Assembly: GCA_002839285.1 (NCBI GenBank)
Contig: PGXT01000001.1
Location: 80,112 to 144,111 of the forward strand
Direction: 5' to 3'
DNA: 64,000 nt
Source: Spirochaetae bacterium HGW-Spirochaetae-5
GTDB lineage: Bacteria; Spirochaetota; UBA4802; UBA5550
Positions 28,621 through 38,351 of this stretch are shown here, piece after piece. Within the stretch, counting starts at the first letter, position 1. Each line of letters begins with the position of its first letter. Below the pieces are notes generated by a model. The model saw only the letters and a program-made list of their open reading frames with translations. It was not told the DNA's origin and ran no database searches. The translations under genes were made by a program, and so were the position numbers.

Positions 28621-30249
28621 ATGAAAGTCTTTGACACAACTTCTTTTGTAGCCCTTGCCGAGCCGATACTCCTCCGGCTCGGCATCCATTCTATTGATTT
28701 CAGATACGATTACGAAACTCTCTGCATTGAACTTGCAGTACTTGAAAAGAAAAACTTCCGGGCATATTTAAGACAGGTAAGGCTGATCGCCGAGGATGAT
28801 TTCTTCTTTTTTGCCTGGTATGTTCTTGGTCTGCCTCTCCTCCACCCATATCTGCTTGCCCGGTGTTACGAGATACAGGACACTGTTTCAGAAAAGTATT
28901 TATATATATCCGCTGCACGGGATCACTGGAAATCCGTTCTTAATACAATAGCGTTTCCAATATGGCAGACAACTATCGATCCTGATCAGACTTTTGCAAT
29001 CCTAAGCTTCCAGCGTGATAAATCCCTGGGGCAGCTCATGTCTATAAAGCAGATCCTTGAAACAAACTCTCTGCTTCACCAGCTCTGGCCTAATATATTT
29101 TACGAAAGGAAACAGCAGGCCGCTAAGTGGAATATATACAGCGGTCTTTTTATCAAACGTGAAAGCACAGTAAAAGAAGGTACTTACAGCGCGTGGGGGC
29201 TTGTTGAGAATTCCCCTGTTTCGAATCACTTTGACTGGCTATTCGTTGACGATCCCGTTACCCTTGATAATACCGCAACTGTTGAGCAGATTGAAAAGGT
29301 TAAAAAGTCATACCGGATGATGGCCGGTTATGGTACACGAAGGGTAAGAATCAGGACTATCACCACCAGGTACGATGTAAATGACATTTCAGCTGATCTT
29401 TTAAAGGATAAGCGATATAAAAAGATTATTATCCCCTCCGAAGTTGATGAATCCGGTAAAGCAAAACTTGACGGTATTCCGGTATTCAAGACCAGGGAGG
29501 AGCTTGATAATATCAGACTTGACTTCGGAGACGCCGATTACTGTTCACAGATGCTGCAGGACCCGACAGCTTCAAATGAGCGCGGTCTTGATCTTAACTG
29601 GATCACTTATTACGAGGCTCTACCCTCTACAATGACAAAATATCTCCTGTGCGATCCTGCAGGGAGTAAGAATAAAACTTCAGACTCAACGGTAATGGCT
29701 GTTATCGGTTGTTCACCCCTTCGAAGATTTTTCCTGGTCGATATGATCCGGGATAAACTCGATGTTTATGAACGGTTCCAGATGCTGAAGGATATGTATA
29801 TCAAACATGATCCTTATGATGTATTTTATGAAGTTCAGGCTTTAAACTCCGACCTTGAGGTTTTTGACCGGGAGATGGAAAGAGAGAAGTTTTACTTTCC
29901 CATCCAGAAATTCCAGAGCAATATCAATAACTCCAAAAAGAAGCGTATAATTTCACTCGGCAGTCTTATCCGGAAGAAAGAATTCCTTATCCCTCATGAG
30001 ATATTCTACACTGACATTACAGATGTTGAAAGAGAACTTATCTCTGAATTCATAAATGAAGAGTACACCAAATTCCCTCATAACAAGGCACACGATGACA
30101 TGCTCGACTGCATGGCAATGATTCAGAATGTCGATGTTGTTTTCCCTGGAGAAGTTGAGGAAGAACCTGTTAAAACAGACGGACGTAAACACCCGGCATT
30201 TACAAGAACTGAAAAAGGTGCAACCTGGCAATCCTCTTTTGTATGGTAA
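28621..30249 (+). CDS. terL: terminase large subunit
   Basis: Walker A-like ARDHWKS, LFVDDPV, TTRY, CDPA and HDDMLD nuclease motifs. Confidence 0.88.
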   Translation: MKVFDTTSFVALAEPILLRLGIHSIDFRYDYETLCIELAVLEKKNFRAYLRQVRLIAEDDFFFFAWYVLGLPLLHPYLLARCYEIQDTVSEKYLYISAARDHWKSVLNTIAFPIWQTTIDPDQTFAILSFQRDKSLGQLMSIKQILETNSLLHQLWPNIFYERKQQAAKWNIYSGLFIKRESTVKEGTYSAWGLVENSPVSNHFDWLFVDDPVTLDNTATVEQIEKVKKSYRMMAGYGTRRVRIRTITTRYDVNDISADLLKDKRYKKIIIPSEVDESGKAKLDGIPVFKTREELDNIRLDFGDADYCSQMLQDPTASNERGLDLNWITYYEALPSTMTKYLLCDPAGSKNKTSDSTVMAVIGCSPLRRFFLVDMIRDKLDVYERFQMLKDMYIKHDPYDVFYEVQALNSDLEVFDREMEREKFYFPIQKFQSNINNSKKKRIISLGSLIRKKEFLIPHEIFYTDITDVERELISEFINEEYTKFPHNKAHDDMLDCMAMIQNVDVVFPGEVEEEPVKTDGRKHPAFTRTEKGATWQSSFVW

Positions 30250-30255
30250 TTCCCC

Positions 30256-32019
30256 ATGGACGAAAAGACATTAATTAAAACTATAAACGAAGCTTCTGCC
30301 GAAGCCAAAAGCACCTGGCAGCCTCTGTTAAACAGCATTGAAGAGGAGAATCATTTCTATGTTGGGAACCAGTGGAATCATAGCGATCTGAAACGGGTTC
30401 GTAATGCGGATACAATACCGGTTACTATCAATATAATAAAGAAACAGGTGGACTCACTTATAGGGAAACGCCTATCCACCCTTACAGATTTAAGAGCATA
30501 CCCTGTTGAATTCAATGATGATATTATCGCAACTCTGCTCACCCGTACTTTAAAATGGGTAACAGATCTGTGCAATGCTCAGAGTATTATTACTTCAGGT
30601 CATAAAGACCAGGTAATCGGCGGCCTGGGATGGCTTCATCCTTACATTGATTTTTCGAATGATTATGTATCGGGAGATATAAAGATCTCCCACGAATCTC
30701 CATTTAATATACTCCCTGATCCGCACTTCAGGAATCTTGATCTGTCAGACGCGGATTATCTGATTAAGTATAAACTTATTTCAAAAACAGATCTTAAAGC
30801 ACTCTTCCCCGATAAGGCAAAGGATATCGAAGGTCTTAAGGGGGATGGTGATTCGATCTTTAAATTCAACCGGGTATCGGATAACCGTAAAAGCCGCGTT
30901 GTCGTCAAGGAGTACTGGTATAAATCAAATGTTAAAAAACAGATAATAGTAAACAAATATGATCCCACAGACGCGGAGGAATGGGGAGGAGATAAGGACC
31001 GGCTTAAAGTATTTCTGAACCTTAACCGTGATTTCATGCTTGTTGAAAGGAATGTCCAGGAGATCCGGCTTGCTACCCTTGCGGATGGAAAGCTGTTACT
31101 GCAGGATGTTCCAAACCCTTATAGTAAAAAGCCTTACTTCCCCTTTATTCCCATAATCGGTTATTACAACTCAAGTTCTGAAGATTGGGTTGACAAGATT
31201 GCAGGTCATGTCCGGGCGTTAAAATTCCCTCAGATGGAAAAGAATGCCCGCAGATCGGCAATGTTATCCGTGACGATGAAGTTTCCGCGCATGGCCTGGA
31301 ATATGGAAGAAGGTGCCGTTAAGGATATAAATGATCTTAAACGACTTGGCGGTCGTGAAGGTGTAATAACAAGAAGACCTGGAAGAGCTCTCGATTTAAT
31401 TCAGCAGGCAGGACTTCCCGCCTCAGAAGTTCAGCTTGAACAGATGTTTTCAGGGGATCTTAACCAGGTGGGGCTTGTGCCGGAGGTAATCGGAGCACCT
31501 TCAAATCTTGACAGCGCAAAGGCCATGTCACTTGTCCAGGCTACAGGTCTTATCCCCGTTGCTGAGCTGAATGAACACCTTAATTTCTCTCTCCGTATGT
31601 TGGGCCAGCAGGTTATAGATCTTGCACTTGAACACTTCTCTGATCAGAAATTCCAGCTCATTGTCGGTGATTCATTCGAAATTGATCCGGCTATTATTGA
31701 GAAAGCACGTAAAAGCACACGTTACGATATCAAGATAGATGAGACAACACACTCAATCACTTCACAGATGGCATCATACGAGTCGATCATGCAGGGTGTA
31801 CAGCATGGCATACAGACACCATATATCACACTTGTTGAACAGAATCCATATATGCCGGCAGATATTAAAAAATCTGCCATTGAACAGTACCAGCAACAGC
31901 AGGCGCAGCAGATGGAGATGATCAAGCAGCAGCAACAGCACGAAATGAATCTGGAACAGCAGAGACAATTAGGGAAGATCCAGAGTAACAGTCAAATTCA
32001 ACCACAGGGACAGATGTAA
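30256..32019 (+). CDS. portal protein (P22-like)
   Basis: FYVGNQW..PVTINII, G.GW, FPFIP, Q-rich C-terminal barrel; 587 aa. Confidence 0.85.
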   Translation: MDEKTLIKTINEASAEAKSTWQPLLNSIEEENHFYVGNQWNHSDLKRVRNADTIPVTINIIKKQVDSLIGKRLSTLTDLRAYPVEFNDDIIATLLTRTLKWVTDLCNAQSIITSGHKDQVIGGLGWLHPYIDFSNDYVSGDIKISHESPFNILPDPHFRNLDLSDADYLIKYKLISKTDLKALFPDKAKDIEGLKGDGDSIFKFNRVSDNRKSRVVVKEYWYKSNVKKQIIVNKYDPTDAEEWGGDKDRLKVFLNLNRDFMLVERNVQEIRLATLADGKLLLQDVPNPYSKKPYFPFIPIIGYYNSSSEDWVDKIAGHVRALKFPQMEKNARRSAMLSVTMKFPRMAWNMEEGAVKDINDLKRLGGREGVITRRPGRALDLIQQAGLPASEVQLEQMFSGDLNQVGLVPEVIGAPSNLDSAKAMSLVQATGLIPVAELNEHLNFSLRMLGQQVIDLALEHFSDQKFQLIVGDSFEIDPAIIEKARKSTRYDIKIDETTHSITSQMASYESIMQGVQHGIQTPYITLVEQNPYMPADIKKSAIEQYQQQQAQQMEMIKQQQQHEMNLEQQRQLGKIQSNSQIQPQGQM

Positions 32020-32489
32020 TGGCAAGACCGCTTACAGTAAAATTTGAAGATCTGAAAGATGCTAAGTTCACAGTGAGGATCGATGAAGATGACCAGGAAC
32101 TATCCTGGCAGGAAACCCTTGAAGCACGGGGACGCGATGGAGCCTCCGATGCCGGTTTATATACAGCAATCAGACTTACCCGTAGAGTCCATGAAAGACT
32201 CTATGAAACGGTAGATGAGTACAGAGAGACCTTCGATTTCGCCTCAGATCTTGCGAAGTCCTACTGGCTCGACACCATGGGTAAAAAGATATTCAACGAC
32301 CGGAATCTTAACAGCGCAATATACGCCGTACAGGTACGGAACCGTTACGGATGGAGACAATCCGATGATCAGAAGCAGGCTGCACCTCAAGGCGAACCGG
32401 ACACACCGGTTGATGACCTTGGGGCTAAACACAAAAAGCAGATTATTAAGAAACCAGAAGTTATAACCGGGCATACTACAACCAATTAA
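32019..32489 (+). CDS. probable terminase small subunit (P22 gp3-like)
   Basis: NLNSAIYAVQVRNRYGWRQ resembles the F.LKN.FGW.D motif of gp3-type TerS. Confidence 0.55.
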   Translation: MARPLTVKFEDLKDAKFTVRIDEDDQELSWQETLEARGRDGASDAGLYTAIRLTRRVHERLYETVDEYRETFDFASDLAKSYWLDTMGKKIFNDRNLNSAIYAVQVRNRYGWRQSDDQKQAAPQGEPDTPVDDLGAKHKKQIIKKPEVITGHTTTN

Positions 32490-32500
32490 GGTGAATCAAT

Positions 32501-33238
32501 ATGGAAAATGAAAATCAATTAACGGGAGAGCAGGACCAGGCGACTCCGGCCTTTGATAACCAGACAGACTCCTCATTTGATAAGGGGATGGAGACAGACA
32601 TAGACAGTGGAGAGGTACAAAGCGACATATCGGACGCACCACAGGGTAAATATGTACCTCTTGAAGTAGTTGAGTCTATGAAAGAACAGACAAGGGAACT
32701 GAAGGAGCAGAACCAGCAGCTTTTACAGCTCATCCTGTCAAACAGACAGCAGCAGGAGAGACCGGAACAGCAGACTCAGGAAGAGCAGTTCCAGATCGCC
32801 GATGATGAGTTTTTAACCGGAGCGCAGTTAAAGGCGATTCTCGCTCAGCAGCAGCAGTCATTAAACAGACAGAACGAAGCATATCAGGCAGAACAGAGGC
32901 AGGCCTTTATCAATGAACAGAAGCAGGCTTACATCAATCAACACCCTGATTACAACGATGTTCTGAATACTGTCAATGCCGAAGCACTGAAAGATCCTGC
33001 TATTGCAGACATCATCATGCGTTCAAAAAATCCCGTAGAGACAGCCTACAGATACGGAAAGCTTCTCCGGGGTGAAAGTTTTGCTGAAGTCAATTCAGTA
33101 AAGAAAAAAGTAAACATGGAAAACAAGATTAATCAGAATCTTAACCAGGCAAAGACATTGAGCAACATCAAAACAAAGTCTCCCGGTAACGGAGATGATG
33201 ATTTTGACGCTCTCTACAGAAAAATCAAAGGATATTAA
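32501..33238 (+). CDS. scaffolding protein
   Basis: Acidic N-terminus, YVPL..V, Q/E coiled coil, HPDY; directly before the capsid gene. Confidence 0.75.
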   Translation: MENENQLTGEQDQATPAFDNQTDSSFDKGMETDIDSGEVQSDISDAPQGKYVPLEVVESMKEQTRELKEQNQQLLQLILSNRQQQERPEQQTQEEQFQIADDEFLTGAQLKAILAQQQQSLNRQNEAYQAEQRQAFINEQKQAYINQHPDYNDVLNTVNAEALKDPAIADIIMRSKNPVETAYRYGKLLRGESFAEVNSVKKKVNMENKINQNLNQAKTLSNIKTKSPGNGDDDFDALYRKIKGY

Positions 33239-33251
33239 AAGGTAAAAGAAC

Positions 33252-34238
33252 ATGCCAGACAACATAGTAACAATAGCCGATATGAAGAACCCGAACGAAT
33301 TTTTCCAGAAGGTTCTTCTAAGAAGAATTAAATACGATTCGGTCTTTGAACAGTTCGCCCTTAAAGGGAGAGTTGAAGGGATGGAATTCGTTTCATGGTT
33401 CAGAGTCAACAGAGTAAATCCCGGTACTCCTACCCAGCTTGGAGATACAAACCCCTCTCCTCTTGTAATCACTACAGAGAAGATCACCGGTCAGGTGGGA
33501 TGGTACGGAGCATACGCAAAGATCGGGCGTAAGGCAAAGAAGATAGATCCTGTAAAAGCAACTACTGAATACACAGAGGTTGTTGGGGATCACGGACGTG
33601 AAACCAGGGAGATGATCATGAGAGACTCGATCCTCTCAGGAGCAACTTCAGTTTATTATGCCGGAGCCGCAGCAGGGAGAGCGAACGTCTCTTCTGTCAT
33701 GAACAACAACGATCTAAAAAGGATCTTCAGATCACTTGAAAAACAGGGAGCGGAGAAGATCACAGATATAGTTGTCGGTGAAGACAGGGACAATACTCAC
33801 CCCGTGGAAGCCTGCTATATTATGATCATCGATGCAGATCAGGCACTTGATGTAAGAGCGCTTAACGGCTTTACAAAGTGCGCGGACTATTCAAATCCAT
33901 CGGTCAGATTCAAGAATGAAATCGGAGCTTGCGAAGGGTTCAGATTCATATCTTCAAACTATATGGAAGGGGCAATTGTACAAAACGCAGGTTCAGCAAC
34001 AATTGCAGGGAAGATCTCTACCGGCGGTACAAACTGTGACATTTACAGGGCGATAGCACTCGGTAAAGAGGCTTTCGGAATAGCAGATCTTGAGACAATG
34101 GAGTCTATCCTCAAATCTGAAAACGAAGCGGGAGGTCCTCTTAATATGTTCTCCACAACCGGGTACATAATGGCAATGACTTCAAAAGCCCTTAATCCTG
34201 CATGGTTCACAATATACGAAACTGCAGCAACTGAATAA
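33252..34238 (+). CDS. major capsid protein (N4-gp56 family)
   Basis: WYGAY, DVRALNGF..Y...NEIGACEGFRFISS, LGKEAFG, GPLN. Confidence 0.85.
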   Translation: MPDNIVTIADMKNPNEFFQKVLLRRIKYDSVFEQFALKGRVEGMEFVSWFRVNRVNPGTPTQLGDTNPSPLVITTEKITGQVGWYGAYAKIGRKAKKIDPVKATTEYTEVVGDHGRETREMIMRDSILSGATSVYYAGAAAGRANVSSVMNNNDLKRIFRSLEKQGAEKITDIVVGEDRDNTHPVEACYIMIIDADQALDVRALNGFTKCADYSNPSVRFKNEIGACEGFRFISSNYMEGAIVQNAGSATIAGKISTGGTNCDIYRAIALGKEAFGIADLETMESILKSENEAGGPLNMFSTTGYIMAMTSKALNPAWFTIYETAATE

Positions 34239-34264
34239 TTAAACTAAAAAGCAAGGTATGGAAT

Positions 34265-34558
34265 ATGGATAAATATACACACTCAGAAAGTAAAACCGGT
34301 ACCGGATCCGCAATGGCCTTCAATTGCGGATTCAGGCCGAAGTATGTTAAAGTCATGAATGTCGGGGCCGGGCTTTCAAGTCTTGAGCATACAGACACCA
34401 TGGCGTCCGGTGAAGGTTTTAAAGAGATTAACACCGGGATTAAATCTTTTGTCACCACCGGAGGGATAACAATCACCGATTACGGCTTTATTCTTGGAGC
34501 CGATGCAAATGTCAATATTGCCGGTCAGAAAATCCATGCAGTGGCACACCGGATGTAA
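34265..34558 (+). CDS. virion structural protein (possible head decoration)
   Basis: Gly/Thr-rich, CGFRPKYVKV; follows the capsid gene. Confidence 0.55.
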   Translation: MDKYTHSESKTGTGSAMAFNCGFRPKYVKVMNVGAGLSSLEHTDTMASGEGFKEINTGIKSFVTTGGITITDYGFILGADANVNIAGQKIHAVAHRM

Positions 34559-34606
34559 TTAAACACTCCGGTGAACCGGAGTTAAAAACCTATATAGAGG
34601 ATAAAC

Positions 34607-34900
34607 ATGTCAACAGCAGCAACAGATAAAAAAGAAAACACCAAATCAAAGAAATACAGGATCTTAGCAAAAGAGCCGGGAGCCTCAGTAGATGGGGTTA
34701 TTACCTGTTATGTAAATGGTGTTAAACATACCATCAGGGAAAATGAACCGGTTGAGCTGAAAGATGCGGTTCTTTCATACTTCAAAGACGCAAGAGTCAC
34801 CACTCATAAAGAGACAGGTGCAGAAGAGGATGACGCGGTTGATATTGAAAAGGGATTCATGATCAATGTCAAAAAGAAGTTTGAAATACTGGAAGTGTAA
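34607..34900 (+). CDS. phage hypothetical protein
   Basis: VNG...I.ENEPVEL motif common after capsid genes; GAGGA RBS. Confidence 0.6.
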   Translation: MSTAATDKKENTKSKKYRILAKEPGASVDGVITCYVNGVKHTIRENEPVELKDAVLSYFKDARVTTHKETGAEEDDAVDIEKGFMINVKKKFEILEV

Positions 34901-34903
34901 AAC

Positions 34904-35446
34904 GTGACGCTTGCTCAGATATATGATGCAGTTGTCAACCTGGTGTACGGGGATGTTATCGCATCCCCTGTTCCGGTTGCCGAAGTGCCATTTATTCAGA
35001 CTCTTGTACTTCAGAAGCATCGTGAAGTTCAGCAGAATTACAACTTCTGGTTTAACCAGGCAAGAACAGATCTTAACATAATCTCAGGTATTACAATATA
35101 TCCGCTCCCTGCAGATTATAAAGAACTGATAAACCTTGAATATGAAGGTCGAGCAGAACTTATCGGGAATGATCTTATATTAACTGATGAACCGTTGGAA
35201 AATAAAACTGTAAGATTCGATCTATGGCGGTTCCTCCCTGCTCCACCTCTCTGGAATCCGGCTCATAGTGATGCGGTTACTCAGTATTGCAGCATGGCTA
35301 TAGTTTATATGGTAACAGCAATTGTAATGCTGAAGAGAGATGAAAAGAGTGCTGCAGCATCATATATCGAACTGGCGTCTCAAGCCCTGGAATCTGTATA
35401 CGCGGAAGATTACCGGAGAAGACAATCACCCGGAGCGATATTTTAA
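34904..35446 (+). CDS. head-tail adaptor (tail tubular A-like)
   Basis: MTLAQI start, WF...GITIYPLPADY, C-terminal AIVY..A...Y helices. Confidence 0.65.
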   Translation: MTLAQIYDAVVNLVYGDVIASPVPVAEVPFIQTLVLQKHREVQQNYNFWFNQARTDLNIISGITIYPLPADYKELINLEYEGRAELIGNDLILTDEPLENKTVRFDLWRFLPAPPLWNPAHSDAVTQYCSMAIVYMVTAIVMLKRDEKSAAASYIELASQALESVYAEDYRRRQSPGAIF

Positions 35447-35695
35447 ATGGATAATCTAATACTGAAATACTGGCCTGTACTTATTGTAATAATAAGCTTC
35501 ATTGCCTGGCTGGTCAGACTTGAAAGCAAAGTAAAGGAACATAGCACAAGTATCAGCAAAATAGAAGAATCACAGGAAAAGAGCATTGAGAAAATAACCG
35601 ATAAGCTTGACCGGGTTGACGACAAAATCAGCGCACTTGGAGAAAGGATCTCCGAGCTGACAGGATACTTAAAACGATGCGAGGAAGAGAAATGA
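35447..35695 (+). CDS. single-TM coiled-coil protein (holin/antiholin or i-spanin-like)
   Basis: N-terminal TM plus coiled coil, before the endolysin. Confidence 0.55.
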   Translation: MDNLILKYWPVLIVIISFIAWLVRLESKVKEHSTSISKIEESQEKSIEKITDKLDRVDDKISALGERISELTGYLKRCEEEK

Positions 35696-36225
35696 TAATC
35701 AACACAGATAATGACCTTATTCAGACATACGGATCACCACCGTCCAGGTCTATCGAAGATATAACTGAGATAGTAATTCATCATACAGCAGGCGGTGGGA
35801 GCTGGAGAGGACTGAAGAGCTGGTTTACTTCAAAAACATGTGAAAGGAAGGATCAGTTTAAAAGGTTCATCGGCTTTACCCATTATTATATAGAAAAGAA
35901 CGGCACAATATTTCAACCCTTCAATCTCGATTCATGGATGTATCATTCATGTTCAGGGAAGCATGATAAGAAGACTATCGGAATTGAACTTATTCATAAT
36001 ACCGGGGAATTCCCGGAGGAGCAGATTGATGCACTGGTTAACCTTGTAGAGCATATATACAAGACCTGCCCCATAATGCAGATAGTCAGTCATGATTATA
36101 ACTATATGTATTACTCAGGTAAAGCAAAGGGATGTCCCTCAAAGTGGTTCAACTGGTCCGAATTTGAATCCAAGCTCGAAGAGAAAGGTATTAAACCGGT
36201 AATTAAATCATTCAGCGGAGCATAA
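35692..36225 (+). CDS. endolysin, N-acetylmuramoyl-L-alanine amidase (Amidase_2)
   Basis: IVIHHTA, HYYI..G.I, TIGIEL, SH..KGCP; ATG at 35692 overlaps the upstream stop. Confidence 0.85.
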   Translation: MIINTDNDLIQTYGSPPSRSIEDITEIVIHHTAGGGSWRGLKSWFTSKTCERKDQFKRFIGFTHYYIEKNGTIFQPFNLDSWMYHSCSGKHDKKTIGIELIHNTGEFPEEQIDALVNLVEHIYKTCPIMQIVSHDYNYMYYSGKAKGCPSKWFNWSEFESKLEEKGIKPVIKSFSGA

Positions 36226-36226
36226 T

Positions 36227-36415
36227 ATGAAAAAGCCTGAATCGTATATCAATAAAATAGGAAGCAGAAAATTCCAGGTGCTTTTAATCGGGATAGTTCT
36301 GTTTCTCTTTAAACCAATGGCATTTACCGGGGATCATGTTGTAATACTCATGAGTGTTTACATGGGAGTAAATGTCGCGGGTAAATTTGCAAACAACAAC
36401 AGAGGTGAAGAATGA
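36227..36415 (+). CDS. holin-like two-TM protein
   Basis: SRKF-TM-TM-Y.G.N motif; follows the endolysin. Confidence 0.6.
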   Translation: MKKPESYINKIGSRKFQVLLIGIVLFLFKPMAFTGDHVVILMSVYMGVNVAGKFANNNRGEE

Positions 36416-36675
36416 AACGTTTATCAGTCTTAATAGTTATTATAATTCTGCTTTTTGCGTCCTGTCAAAAGGCACCGGTAATGCAGAAGGATGAACTATA
36501 TCCATGCTACAAAGCAAGGGATTGTCATTACCGTAATCCAAAGAATCCCGAGAAATGCACAGACGATGACAAGGAGTGCAGAGCTAGAGAAAGATACGTT
36601 TACTGCAAAGATCCTGTCAACAGATGGGAGAACTGTAAAGAACAGGAATGCTGGGATAAACTGAATAGTAAGTAA
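36412..36675 (+). CDS. Cys-rich lipoprotein (o-spanin candidate)
   Basis: Lipobox LFASC; 7 further Cys; end of the lysis cluster. Confidence 0.6.
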   Translation: MKRLSVLIVIIILLFASCQKAPVMQKDELYPCYKARDCHYRNPKNPEKCTDDDKECRARERYVYCKDPVNRWENCKEQECWDKLNSK

Positions 36676-36679
36676 CGCA

Positions 36680-37894
36680 ATGTTAAACGAATACAATACA
36701 TCAAGGCCATTACCCTCTGATTATTTCAGAGATATATATTCTAATCTAAGAATGGCTAAACTGCTATTTAAAGAGAGGTTTATTTTAGATCATCACTTCA
36801 GTAATAATATAGATACCTCTCTTCAAACAGCGGATGGTTTTCACAATGTAATATCAATGCCTGAATATTCATATATCAATGCGTTGAATCAGACAATATA
36901 TGAACCAGATTCAATGGCAGACAGCTGCATACTGTTTTGTAAAAAAATAAACGGCATTGTTGAGTTATGTGTAAGAAAAAATGACGGTGTATATCAAATC
37001 ACTGAAAATGGGCAATTATCATTTTTCAAAGATTTTACATACGCTCATTATACTTCGCTATATCCGAATTATCCATATATATGCGGAGCATTTATAAATG
37101 GTAACTATTATATCATATCAGAATATGGTAGATTTCACAAGTCCTCTGATATGAAAACATGGACAACAAATGTTTACTGGAATGAATATCATACACCAAC
37201 ATCCTTACGATGTGTAAATGGAATGATTGCAGTAACCACTTACCAGGGTTATATCTATTTATCACCAGATGGGATAACATGGCCTTATAGCAGCAAGGCA
37301 GGAGTTGGATTTCAATCAATAACATATGGTAACGGGAAGTATGTCGCTGTCGGAAGTTATATAAATAATAAAAATATATCTATATCGTCTAACGGTGCGG
37401 CATGGACAACGATATCTTCGGGTATTTCAGAAGAATTCAAAAGTGTAACATTCGGTAATGGTTTATTTGTAGCCGTAAGTTCTTCCGGGAATATAAGTAC
37501 ATCTGCAGATGGAATAACATGGACTTCAAGAACTGCAAATAAAACACCATTACTATCGGTAGCATTCGGAAACAATATTTTTATAGCAGTCGGTAACTCA
37601 GGTCTAATAATGCGATCAGTGGATGGTTTAACTTGGACAGTAATAAACATTGGTATAACCTTTATAATCCTAGGTGTAGATTATTTGCGAAACACCTTTG
37701 TTGCCTTTGGACGATATTCAGATAATCATTATTTCATTTCATCTGACGGTTTAACATGGATAATGAAGACAAGAGCTGCTAATAATTATTCAAGTATAAA
37801 AAACATATTTTACGCAGATTGTGCAATGTATGAAGTTTCCGGCGATGGAAGTGGATCGTATATAAATAAATCAACATTCAAAAAAATAGGATAA
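36680..37894 (+). CDS. tail fibre/receptor-binding protein with BNR/beta-propeller repeats
   Basis: Repeated S.DG.TW / V.FGNG.FVAVG units; N-terminal virion-attachment-like segment. Confidence 0.7.
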   Translation: MLNEYNTSRPLPSDYFRDIYSNLRMAKLLFKERFILDHHFSNNIDTSLQTADGFHNVISMPEYSYINALNQTIYEPDSMADSCILFCKKINGIVELCVRKNDGVYQITENGQLSFFKDFTYAHYTSLYPNYPYICGAFINGNYYIISEYGRFHKSSDMKTWTTNVYWNEYHTPTSLRCVNGMIAVTTYQGYIYLSPDGITWPYSSKAGVGFQSITYGNGKYVAVGSYINNKNISISSNGAAWTTISSGISEEFKSVTFGNGLFVAVSSSGNISTSADGITWTSRTANKTPLLSVAFGNNIFIAVGNSGLIMRSVDGLTWTVINIGITFIILGVDYLRNTFVAFGRYSDNHYFISSDGLTWIMKTRAANNYSSIKNIFYADCAMYEVSGDGSGSYINKSTFKKIG

Positions 37895-37898
37895 CATC

Positions 37899-38192
37899 AT
37901 GTCTCATACTCGAATATTTGACCCGACATTACCCCTTGACACTGAGCTAGCCGGAGATGGTGACGATAAGATCAGAGAGCTTCTTGTCGATATAAAAGAG
38001 AGATTTGAACTTGATCACAATATGGACGGGATACTCGATACATCACTCCCCACTGCTGACGGCTATCATAAAAAAGTGACTCTACCTATACTTGAAAATG
38101 ATCCTGCTTTATTAACCAATAGTGGTGTTTTATATCAAAAGTCAGATGGTCTTTACTTCAAGAACAGTGCTGGAGTTGTAAGAATAATATAA
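37899..38192 (+). CDS. small tail protein homologous to the N-terminus of 36680-37894
   Basis: KERFELDHNMDGILDTSLPTADGYHKKVTLP vs KERFILDHHFSNNIDTSLQTADGFHNVISMP. Confidence 0.7.
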   Translation: MSHTRIFDPTLPLDTELAGDGDDKIRELLVDIKERFELDHNMDGILDTSLPTADGYHKKVTLPILENDPALLTNSGVLYQKSDGLYFKNSAGVVRII

Positions 38193-38350
38193 TGAAGTCA
38201 TTCATTTCTCTTCCTCAAATTCCAAAAAATATAAATCCGGAACTTAGTGAATTTCTAACTTCACTACTCAGAGTAATTACGGAAAAGCAGACTGATGATT
38301 ACTCAGCTATTGATGAACTTAAAAAAGAGATCGAGAGTTTAAAAAAATAA
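38192..38350 (+). CDS. small hypothetical coiled-coil protein (52 aa)
   Basis: Read by eye: MKSFISLPQIPK...EIESLKK; TAATG coupling; fills the operon gap. Confidence 0.6.
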   Translation: MKSFISLPQIPKNINPELSEFLTSLLRVITEKQTDDYSAIDELKKEIESLKK

Positions 38351-38351
38351 C

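Noticed and set aside
36680-37894. Diversity-generating retroelement target
   Set aside because: No reverse transcriptase or template/variable repeat pair seen
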